A stretch of 64,000 bases of DNA from Camelus ferus (lineage: Eukaryota), in contig NC_045696.1 of the NCBI RefSeq assembly GCF_009834535.1, positions 3,412,001-3,476,000 of the forward strand. The letters are read 5' to 3'. How positions within the stretch are numbered: position 1 is the stretch's first letter; each line of letters begins with the position of its first letter. The position numbers and the translations under genes were made by a program. Below are positions 38,378 to 50,300 of this stretch, in pieces. The notes under the pieces were generated by a model. The model searched no databases. It saw only the letters and a program-made list of their open reading frames with translations, and was not told the origin of the DNA.

Positions 38378-41300
38378 ACAAAGCCGTGTGACGAGGGAGC
38401 GAGAGAGAATAGAAGATGCTGGCCCTGAGGATGGGAGTGATGTGGCCTCAAGCCAAGGAATTCACGCGGCCCCCGGAAGGAGGGGAAGGCAAAGGAGGGG
38501 TTCTCCCCAGACCCCGGGAGGGAAGCCTGGCCCTGCCGACACCTTGACATGGGCCCCGTGACGACGCTGGTGGGCCTCTGCCCTCCAGACGCTGAGAGGA
38601 TGTGTTTCCATCATCTTAAACCCCCAAGGTCGTGGTGTTTCATCACAGCAGCCCCAGGAAGCGAATCCACCTCCCAGATCTTCTTTAAGTAGTTTTCAAG
38701 GCGGCCGTGGGCGGGGCAGCACGACTCGTTGGAAAGTTCTTTGTGTTGCTACAAAATCAGCCAACTTCTGACATCCGAAGGCTCATCCCCCATCTGTAGG
38801 GCAGACCTTGAGATGCGGTCAACGGCACAGTCCTTCTCTCCCGACCCTTCTGTCGTCCCTCTGACTTGGATTTCAGTTCATTGGCGGGACACTCTCTGTT
38901 GCTGCCCTTTGGCTTTACAGCGTCCCTCCCTTTTAAAATGTGGCCCCAGGCAATAAACCCAGTTCTCGCTCAGGCTGTGATCACAGGGCACCGCTGCCCT
39001 GTGGCCTCCCCAGGCCATGGCCGTGAACCTGGATTCAGGAGTTGACATTTATCTCAGGGAAGCATACAGGATTCCCTGGGTCCATGGGTCCAGGCACTTG
39101 TTTTTTCCAGCAGCCTGACCTGTGTCCAAGGGGGCAGGATGGGCACTCCTGGGGACACCGCCCTTCCATCATCTCCCGTGTCCAGCTCTGATCCTCCTGA
39201 ACCCATGCGCCTGTCAGCAGGACACCTGAACTTTGTCAGGGTAGAAACACTGAGGATTCTAGCCAAGACTTGTGAGCATTCGATTGTCGATAACCTGACT
39301 GTGGCTGCAGAATACCAGCTCAGCCAGTGTGCCTGGAGATTCTTGGCAGCCCAGGGGCCTCCCCAGCCGCAGCCCTGCCCTCGCCCAGCAGGGGACTCAG
39401 GACCCGGTTCTTTATGCAGCGGAAGAGCTCTCAGGCTCCAGCCGGGAGGGGACCGTGCCAGAGGGAGCATGGATGCCCCTTGAGTACAGATCCACTCCCT
39501 CCTAATGCGTTCCTGGGCCATGAAGCACGAACTGTGGCGTATTTCTTACAGGTTTTGTTGTTTAGTGCAAGAATCCAGCTGCCCCACGTGTCGTTAATCG
39601 GGTGACTAATTTCACAAGAAAAGTATCTGAAATTCGTGCTGTATTTTCCACGGGTTTGTACCTCTAACCCGTTCCAGCAGATTGCTCATTTATGATATTA
39701 GCTTCTAAATTTAAAACATGTGCTGTTTGCCTGGAGCCATATGCGATTGGAATCCATTCGAAAGCTCTGATCTGGAAACGCTGGCTTTGTGTTTTCCGCC
39801 CGACTGGAAGTGGAGTCAGGCCGGCGCACGTCCCCTGCGGGCGCTGAGCTGTCAGGAGGCCCTGGTCTTGAGGGGAACTTGCAACTCGTGACGCCAGCGG
39901 CGTGGCAGTTGGGCTAGCAACAGTCTTCCCTGTCAGCGGAGTCTCGTGTTTTTTCACATTACTGAGCAGAGTGTTTTCATAGCTGTACTCCAACTGTGCA
40001 TTCTCATGGCAGGGACTGGATGCTCCCCCGGAGGCCACAATCTAGGAGATCTGGAACCTCTGCAGGTGTTTCGTGCAAAGCTTTGTGGGCAAATCCGTGC
40101 CTGGGAGGGGAACCCAGTTCTCAGCGGACTGAGCCCTGAGACGCAGGAGGGAAGTGTTTTGTTGCCAGAGGGGGTGCTGGCTGGTGCTTTTTTGAAATCC
40201 AGAGACTTTAGGAATAGCCACCACTCAACCCTCCCGCTTCCTTTAAAGGGAAAAGCACATGCAGGTTACATTATTAGTTGATTGAAACTCAGTTATGACA
40301 GAATTCTCCATAACCGCCTCACAATTCTAGTGAAAGTTTCAGTTTTCAGAGCAGGATGTCAGAGCCCCCCCCGCCCAGGGAAACAGCACAGGGCACTGCT
40401 ACAGGGCACTGCTACTGCTCAAACGCCGAACATCATAATTATGAAGACCGGGTTGCTTCTTGGAAAACTTCAGGTGATATGATGGTAAGTGAAGAGAGCA
40501 GAATACAAAACTGCATGGGTAGCAGAATTTAAATAAGGTTAAAAAAAAAAAAAAAAACCTGGAAGGGAACAGGGAAAATAAAGACAATTTTCCGAGACAC
40601 TGAGACTGGGGGTGACCACTCCTTCCACTGCTGTTAGCATGTTGTTAAAGTAATCAATCAGATTCCGGAAGGGTAAGAGAATGTTCTAGCAGCCAAATTG
40701 AATAAGATGTGTCTGCATCTCGGCTGGACTGTCTGAGAGAAGGTACTGAGTCCATCAAAGTCCTCTCCTGCTGTCTCTTGTCCTGCCACCCCCATCTGCA
40801 GTTTGCGGTCAGCTGTCCGGGCAAGGGCTGATGTCCACCTGCCAGATGCACCTCCCGACCAGTGCCAGCTCCCAGCATCAGCGCCGGCTCCCCCTACCGG
40901 TTGGAGGGTGTTAACTGCATGATGACCATGAGCACAGAGCCCCTATACTAGATGGAGCCTGAGGATTAATGATGTTAACCTCTGTGACCTCACCATCAAC
41001 CAGTCAGAGAACTGTGCATGACCTGGTCATGTACTCTGTGACCCTCTCCCTCACTTTGTCTTTAAATCCCCTCCGTGAAACCCATCAGGGAGTTCGGTCC
41101 TTTGAGCATCAGCCGCCCAGACTCCTTGTCTGGTCCTGCAATACACACTGCACTTTCCTTCACCCCAACCCCGTGTCAGGAGATTGGCTTTGCTGCACAG
41201 GGGTGAATGGATCCAAGTCCAGCTCGGTCATAGCCAGGGGTCCAAAATTCAGATGAGAAAAAAAATTCTTCATTTTCACTGACATCTAGCTAAAATGGAG

Positions 41301-44300
41301 ACGTTCCTTCAGTTGTGGCTTTGGGACCCACAGTCATCACTCCCACGTCACCAGACGATGTGGCACTTCTCCAAGTCACATCTGTGCTCCTCAGCCCTCA
41401 TCCTCTCCCCTCTCTGCCTCCCTCATCACGTCTGGTCTCCCTGGCTCTGACCCTCCATCTCCCTCTCATAAGGCCCTGTGATGACAGCGGGTCCACCAGA
41501 TCATCCAGGATAATCTCTTCATCTCAAGGTCCTTAGCCTGATCCCATCTGCAAAGTCTGCTTTGCAGTGTGAGGCAGCCAGGCACATGCTGGGCTAGGAC
41601 GTGACCCTCTTTGGGGTCATCACTCAGCCTACCACGTCCCTCCTCGCCCCTCGTCGGCTTCACGGCTACCTCCTGCACTCTGGAAAGTCACCCTGTCCAA
41701 GGGGCAGCCCCGGCCACAGCGCCTGAGACAGAGCACCCAGGCCCCACCCACCTGTGACTCTCCGACCTCATTTTTCTTCGTAGCAGAACTGTCACCCCAT
41801 ATTTTGTATTCATCCACACCTTTGTCACTTCCCAATGAAATGTGAGTTCTAAGGGAGTGAGGGCTCTGGGACACTAAAGAATCCCAGTTAGAATGGTGCC
41901 TGGAACATAGCAGATGCTCATTAAAATGAGCTCACCTGGCCCTCACCGCCCCATCCACGCAGACTGAGCCTTCCACCTGCTCGCCATATGCTCATCCCCT
42001 GCTTGCTCTCCAGAGCTCCAGGGATCAACCAGCATCTCTCCCATCACATGCAGATATGCTTTGGCATCACCGTCTTTTTAACAAGCCCCTCCTGGAGGCC
42101 TGCATCTTCAGACTCTGCCTCATCTCTCAGCCCCTTCTTAGGAAGTGTCTGTAAGGATCAGGCGCTCGTGACTCCTGGAAGCTGCCTTTCCTGCTGCTCT
42201 TCCCGCCTCACTCCTTCTCTGTGAGCCCCTCCTCCCACACTGACGTGTAAAGACCGGGGTTCCTTCCCTCCTCCCAGCCATGCCCGTGGTTCAAGTGTCA
42301 CTTGCACACTGATGCCCCAGGTTTGCCATAGCCCAGCCCTGCCTCTGAGCTCCAGCACCAGAGAGCCAACTCAGCCAGCGCCCTGGCGTCTCCACCTGAT
42401 TTCAACTCCATCTCGATATAAACTGATATTGTCAAAAATGATTACAATAACCCCTGTCTCCCCCCAACTCATTCAGGAGTCACCACCTATTCATTGTTCG
42501 AGCGGGACTCACTACCTCATTCTCCTCTTTCTCTCCGGCATCTCATCCATCAGTAAGTTCCAAAGGTTCGAGCTCCAAAATGTTCCCCTCTCACTGCTGC
42601 CTTCTACCACCCAGGTTCCAGCTCTCTGCAATTGGCAAGATACGCTTATTTCCCACAAGGAGCCACTCACATATACCAGGAATGGCACACACTGGCACCT
42701 GTCACCCGCTTCTGACCCTACTGGCACAGGGCTAGGTCTTCTTTTCGGTGTGTCCACCAGCACCCAGGACACTCTGTTACCATCTAGGCTGACCACACAA
42801 TGCAGGGACGGAGCAGGTTATTCCTGGAGCCCCAATGTAAGCAGTCATCATGACCTTTCACTCCCTAAAGGGTCCCAATTGAAAAAATGACAGGCTCACA
42901 ACATAGAAAACAAACTTATGCTTACCGGTGGTGGGGGGGGAGGGATAAACTGGGAGTTCGAGATTTGCAGGTACTAACTAGTATATATAAATTAGATAGA
43001 CCACGTTTCTACTGTATAGCACAGGGAACTGTATTTAATATTTTGTAACTTATGGTGAAAAAGAATATGAAAACGAATATATGTATATTCACGTATGACT
43101 GAAGCAGTGTGCTGTGCTCCAGAAATTGACACAACATTGTAAACTAACTATACTTCAATAAAAAGTATATACTAAAGGATGAATTATATGGGCATCCAAG
43201 TTACACACCCGCCTGGCAAGCATCTGGCATGTTTTCTACTGAGTTTCCTGAAAGCAAAGATTATGATCCAGTCAGACGTGTTCCATGACCGGCACCTAAC
43301 ACAGCGAATGGCGCACAAATAAACATTTGTTACCTCAAAGAACAGAGGGAAGGGTAGCCCTCTAGGAGGCTGGGAACGCTCAGAAGCGACTCTTCCCTGC
43401 CCATGGGCCCACATTTCCTCTTTGGTAGAAGAGAGGGTCCCCTCCTGCACTGCTGGTGGGAATGCAATTTGCTGCACCCACTGTGGAAATCAGTATGGAG
43501 ATTCCTCAAAAAACTTAAAGTAGACTTACCCTAAGATCCAGCAATCCCACTCCGGGGCATATATCCAGAGGGAACTCTAATTCAAAAAGATACTTGCACC
43601 CCAATGTTCATAGCAGCACTAGTTACAACAGCCAAACATGGAAACAGCCTAAATGTCTGTCAACAGATGACTGGCTAAAGAAGTTGTGGTATATTTATAC
43701 AATGGAATACTACTGAGCCATAAAAAAGAACAGAATAATGCCATTTGCAGCAACATGAATGGACCTGGAGATCATTATACTAGGTGAAGTAAGCCAAAAA
43801 GCGAAAGACAAATACCATATGATATCACACATACGTGGAATCTAAAAAAAAGAAAAGAAAAAAGAGGACACTAATAAACTCATCTACAAAACAGAAACAG
43901 ACTCACAGATACAGTAAACAATCTTACGGTTACCAGGGGAAAGGGGGTGGGAAGGGATACATTTAGGAGTTTGAGATTTGCAAATGTTAACCCCTGTATA
44001 TAGAAATAGATTTTTAAAAAATAAAAGGAGAGGATCCTCGTGGTCTGAGGCGCATCCAGCCTGGGAGATTCCTTAGGGCACTCCTTGCCCCCGGGAGCTC
44101 CCGGTCTCTCACCTTCACACGTGCCGTCCAGCTCCTGGGGAGACGAAGTCAGCGACCCTGGGGGACAGACACACCGGTACGAGCCCTCCACATTCACGCA
44201 CCGTTCCCTTGCAGGGCAGGTGTGGAGTTCGTCAAAGGAACATTCGTTTACATCTATTGAAGAGAACAGGTGAGGACGCTCATCAGGGCCACTGTCCTTC

Positions 44301-47300
44301 TCATTAACCTCCAAGCGTGCACCACACAAGTTGAGGGCGTGGACTGGGCCTCTGCCCGGAGGGGCCTCTTGATGCCCTGCCTTAGATGGCCCGTGCAGCC
44401 CTCCGGCCCCCTTCCCGGAGCAGCCGGCCACGTCTCAGGGCACAGCCTCCCAGCTGCCACCCGTGCTCGGGGGCTGCTGCTGGAGCGAATCACTCTGGGG
44501 CTGAAATGATGGGGCCCAGACATCCACCCCAAGCATCAGCCCCGCGGACAGCAGTGCTCTGGGCGGAGGCGGAGAACAGAGCAGCCGCCGACGTGCAGGG
44601 GGGCCTGGCCTCGCCGCGGGAGCAGCCTCGCAGAGCACCAGCTCAGGACAGGCAGCCAGGCCGACTCACGACCAAGGGAGAGTGATGCTCGGCAAGGCCA
44701 CATCACGACTTTATCTAAGCCAGATGGGCAGAGGGCCACCGCGGCCCCACGAGGTACCAGCCCCCTTTTAGCCACAACGAGTGACTATTGGTTCGTAACC
44801 AATCACAGCTCACCTTCATGCTGCCCCTCCCGTGGGTGAGAGTTATCCCAGGTACCCAGTCGCAGAATCGCCTCCTCTTTCCGACAGCAGCCAACCCAGA
44901 ACCCCACTCCCCCACCCAGCCCGCAACCATCCAATCCAAGCCCATATCCTGTAACGGGTTCTCTAGACCCTCCCACAGAGATGCCCACGGTGCCCGCACG
45001 TGCCATCTCTCTCGCCACCTCATGTGTAACCGTGTTCACCTATAGGGGCGTCCCCATCTCTGGGTGGAGGACCAGTCAGAACAGACAGGGCGGGCACTTT
45101 GCTGACCGGCACAGTCTCGGTTTGGTTTACATTTGGGGAGTCTGAAAGGAGCTAATGCCTTCCCTGGAGCTATCCCCGGGCCCCAGACCCTGGCACCCTC
45201 ATGCGTGACTTCAGTGTCACAGGAGGCCCGGCCCTAGGCAGAGCAGCCGCCCTTCCAGGGCTGCGGCGGGAAAGAAAGTTCTACTGGGGCCCAGCCTGTC
45301 TGCTCACACACACTGTCCACAGCTACCTTCATGCCACGTGGCCCCCAGCCAAAAACATTCACTGTCTGGCCTTTTTCAGAAAGTCCGCAGACCCCTGACA
45401 TAGACTAAAACAAATAAACACAAAAGGACGAGGTAATTTTCTCTAGAAATGCATCCATATGCGTCACCAAACGCAGCTTTGTGCAATTCGGCTTTGAGAG
45501 CCTCCTAGATCCAAGGGTGTCCTTGGCTGAGGGAAGGAAAGAGGCGAGAGGGAACTTTGGGAACCCAAGAACCAAGGAAGCGAGTTATTCGGGGGCTTTT
45601 CCGGGATCTGTTCTCCAGCCCCATCTGGACGGAAGAAGCAGCCTGGGCGTGAGAGGCAGCAGGGGAGACGCAGGGAGGGAAGGGAAAAGCAGCGTCAGGG
45701 CAGGACCAGTTCTCAAAACCTGGGCTGCAGAACCTGGAGTTTACCTTTGGGCCCAGATGAGCTAAAAAGGAGCAGAATGCCCCCCATGCCCCCCTCCCCC
45801 AACTCCCCCCCCCCGACCCGCTGGAGGCCGCCTCCGCTCCTGCGGCCCCGCCCCACCCACCTTGCACCTGGACAGCCATCACTTCGTAGACGCGCTGCAC
45901 CATGCCGTCCAGGGCTGAGGACACGCGGGCCTGCCGGCGCCGGCCGCGGCAAGCCCAGCAGCAGCCAGGACACCGTGGTCGACGTGGCCCCGCCGGCCGA
46001 GCGCAGGTGGTGGACCGTGGTGTCCAGTGGCTGCAGGGCACCCGGTGACCTGTGAAACCAGCCAGAGCGTCACGCGGTGGAAGGGCGCCCCCATCGGACG
46101 GACAGGGAGATGGCAGCCCAGAGATGTTAAAATTAACACACACACACACACACACACCCCTTTCTCCTGTGCAGGGGGGGAAAAATCCCTACAATATTTT
46201 TATTTCTCTAATCATTCTGCAAACCAGGGTGTTACAGATTGAATGGCAACACCAGTTGTTACGGACTGAATGGCGTCCCCCTCCCTAGCAAAAATCCCCG
46301 ATTCAGAGTCCTAACCCCCCCGGGAACCTCAGAATGTGCCCTTGTTTGGAGAGACGGCCGTGGCAAATGTAATTAGTTAAGATGAGCTCATTAGGGTGGG
46401 CCTGTGTCCAGTATGACTGGTGCCCTTACACAAGAAAGTTGGACACAGACACTGGCAGAAGGAAGTGAGGGGAGGACACAGGGAGACGCCAAGGACAGGC
46501 CTGGGGGGGACCTCCGTCTGTGTGCTTTGTTACGGCCGCCCAGGGAGAGACATTGGTCAACCCCAGGACACCCCAGTCCCCACCCTAGCAGCTGATGACG
46601 GCATCGGGACGGAATTAGGGACTAGACTTCAAGCTCACGTGGTGCACATCTGACATTTTCTGAAGTTTAATGACCCCTTTCTCATCTCACATGAATTCTT
46701 TTTACTCCAGCCTAATACCTCGAAATCTCAAGATAGTTTTTGCCTTGGGAAGCCAGGCAAAGTGGCATGGCCACTCAGGCACAGAACATCACCGGAGGGG
46801 ACTTTAACAACAAACCCCTAAGCCTCCAGGAAGGCCTGTGGTGGCGGCTGGGCACTGGGGTCCCTGCTCCCCTCGGCAGACCTGGAACCCTTCACGGGGG
46901 CGGGCGGAACAGAAGGCCAACGCTAGCCTCGTGCAAATCCCTCAGTCAGGGGGCAGCACCTGCTGCAGTCAGGAGCCCGTGAGGACAGGCCTCTCCTGCA
47001 GGGAGGGACAAAACCTACCACCTGAGGAGACAACGGGTGACACGGGGCAGCAATATTCAAATAACAACAGCCGCAGCAGCTCAGAACCGATATGCAGCAG
47101 GATCCTTTTAGGCTCCTTACATGTACTGTTTAAACCCCACAGCCACTGCTCAGGTGAGACTCTGCTCATTCCTATTTCCTGGAGGAGGCATTGAAGGCAC
47201 AGAGAGGTTAAGTAACTTGCTCAAGGTCACACAGCTGATGAGTGGCAGCGTGAGGATTTGAATCAAGGTAGTCTCATTCCAGAGCCACATCCTTACTGGC

Positions 47301-50300
47301 CAAGCAGGCAACCCCAACCCTCCAACGAGCTAAGGAAAGACAGAAATCCCTTCCCACCGGGGCAATTACGAGGCTTTCGGGTCACAGGGACATTTGGGAA
47401 CATCTCTCAAACCGTTTGACTGGACAGCCCACAGCAAGGTGAGAGGCGGGCCATCTGCTCTCACCACGACATGTGGGACACATCTATGGGAACCAACGGT
47501 CAGGCGGGACCAGCCACATGGTGTGTGGGGTCTTCTGAGTGTGGGGTGACTGTGCAGGCCGCTCGACCTTGAAGCTGGCCCTGAGGCCAGACCACCACTC
47601 TGGGAAGGCACCGTGTGGTGAAGACAAGCCGGGCCTGCCCACGGCTGGGTTGCCAGGACCAGGGTGCACCCGGCGTGTGACAGCCCTCCTGGTTGGAAGT
47701 CACCAAGGCACAAGCTGTGTCTCCAGCAGGGGCTCTCCACCCGGAGCGGTGCTGCCTCTTGGGGGACAGTTCTGGTTGCCACGGCTGCACACGTTTCTGG
47801 CTTCTTGTGCACAGAGGCCAGGCATGCTGCGGAACCCTGTGGGGACAGGCAGCCCCACGACACAGAGCCATCCAGCCCCAAACGTCAGTGGTGCCGAGGT
47901 GGAGGAGCCCGGTCCAGAGGGCCCAGCCCGGCACCTTCCAGGACATTCCCTCGCGCGGGAGCTAGACCTCGGGATCTGCGAGGGAGGTGCGCGAGGCACG
48001 GCTCCGGGGCCTAGGCCGTCTGCACCGGGGCACCTTTGTTTAAGCCGCAGACCGCGAGGAGTGGGGGCTCCGTGCTCCGCAGCGCGGTGGGGCAGGGCCT
48101 GCACGCTGTGTACCTCAAAACACGCCAAACCGCACGCTTCCAAGGCTGCATTTTACCGCACGGATACCCACCCCTTCAGAGTGGCTTTCAGCTGAGACTT
48201 CTCACTTGGTCAGAGTCAGTCGTTCGGGGATCGCTCGTGGAACCCCTCCCCAAACCCCAGTTCCCACCTGTGTCTCCCGTGCAGCCCGCAGGCTCCCTGC
48301 CCCACCTACCATGGAGTGCAGGAGCCGCATGTGATCCCGGAGCCCGGGGTCCACCTGCCGGAGCTCCTTGAAGTCCATCTTCACCAGGACGGTCACGTTG
48401 TACCAGAAACCTGCCAGGGTCCCCTCCGGAGCTGCACGAGGACACATCGCTGAGCCCCAGGCCAGGACAGCGCGGGACGCCCCCCCACCCCCTCCTCTTA
48501 CGTATAATCCTGTATACACTGTATATTGTTGTACACAGTGTGCCTTAGGTAACACTGCGTGCCATTGATACTACGCACACTGTGACGCGTACAGTACGAG
48601 TACCGTTGTACATTGTCTGTGTTATAATATCGCATAAATATTATAATACACTGCTTTACATTATTTGTACTATCACTTCATACTGCGCTAATAAGGCACA
48701 CACTACACTAATACACAACATGTAACAGATATTGTATATTGTAAGGTTTTTTGTATCTATCTCCCCAGCTCTGAACCTTGACGAGCGCTTTCTCCAGGGG
48801 GCGGGCACTGAGGGCCAGGCTGCCCACCTGCCGGACGGGGGCCACGGGGAGGACCTCGGGGCCCCATGGGGCTTCTCCAGCAGACAGCCTTACCCCTTCC
48901 CCCTCTGACACAGCTCATCTTCCAGGAAGCTCCGCCGGGAGCTCGGGGGGCTTTGCCAGGCAAACTTGGGAAACTGGGGTCACTGCTCTTCCTGGAACGC
49001 CCTGCCTCCTCAGGGCACCTGCGAGCCCGCGGCCCACCCTGAGGGGCCAGTGGCCGGTTTGGATGAGTACAGCGGGCCTGGGCACAGGCTTCCCGTAAAA
49101 CCCGAGCCGCTGCTTCTGGAAACTCACCCCCCATCACCCCATCGCCCAGTGCCTGGGCCCCCAGCCCCCGCTCCACTCCCTAACTGGAGACCTCCTCTGC
49201 TCAGGCGCCAGCCCCACCTCGGGGAGCAGGAGCCACACAGCGCAGGCCCCCCGGCCAGGGGCAGCACTTCTGAAGGCCGGGACAGTCGGTGTCCAGGGCA
49301 CACAGCGAGGTGGACGCTTCCGGCCCCACCGTCGGGCAGGTCCCAGGTCTGGATGCAAACTCTGCCGATCGATTCAGGGCTGGGGGAACAAGCGATTAGC
49401 AGTTAGTGACGCTGGCAACAGAGCCCCCGATGGGCCGTGCAGGTGCTGCGTCTGGGTGCCTCCTGGCACGGGAACCCGTCCGCAGCTCCCAGGTCCACAG
49501 TGCGGCCCGCTCCCGGGCCGTGTCCGGGCCTGGCGGCACCTCACCACGTCCTACGGAGCAGCTGCTGAGGGCCGGGGCTCTGAGTCTAATGTAGCCTGAC
49601 TGTCCTGGAAGGAAGGCAGCCTCAACTGGGGGCCCAGGTGTCCCCCTTCCTCTAGGCCTCAGGGGTCCAGACACAGGAGCCTCCACCACCCCCATAGAGG
49701 CCCCCTTGCTGCTCTGTGTCCTGACAGCTCCCTCCCTCACTCACTTGTTCAGTATTTACTGAGCCATATGCCAGACATGGTACAAGGTGCCCGGGACCCA
49801 GCAATCGGCCAGAGGCAAATTCCCTGCCTCAGGACACAGATTCCAGGGGACAGAGGTCAATACACAAACAGACCTATGGAAGTTCAGTTGGAGGATTGCT
49901 GCGGGGAAGAAAACAGGGCCCGGGCAGCCGGGCAGGGAAGGCGGCCCTGGTGAGTCTGCCGGACACTCGGTGGCTGACGGCCCGGGAGAGCCTGCAGGTC
50001 TGCACGTGCCCAGCAGTGGGGCTCAGGGCAGTGAGGGATGGTCGGAAGCTGGGAAGCTGAGAAGCTGGGAGCAGCGGGCTGAGGGCAGCAGGGAGAGAGG
50101 TGCCGGGAGGGTGAGACCCCAGCATCAGCGTGTGTGCTCACAACCTTCCTGCCATCCATCCTGAGACGAGGGCTCCATGCCAGCTTGGGTGCCCCTCAAA
50201 CCCGTCTGGTTCCCACCCAGATCCATTTAAAGCTCTGTGTCCTACATGACTTTGAGAGGTGCAGTTCCAGGCCCCTCAAAGTCCAGGAAAGTCAAAAGAG

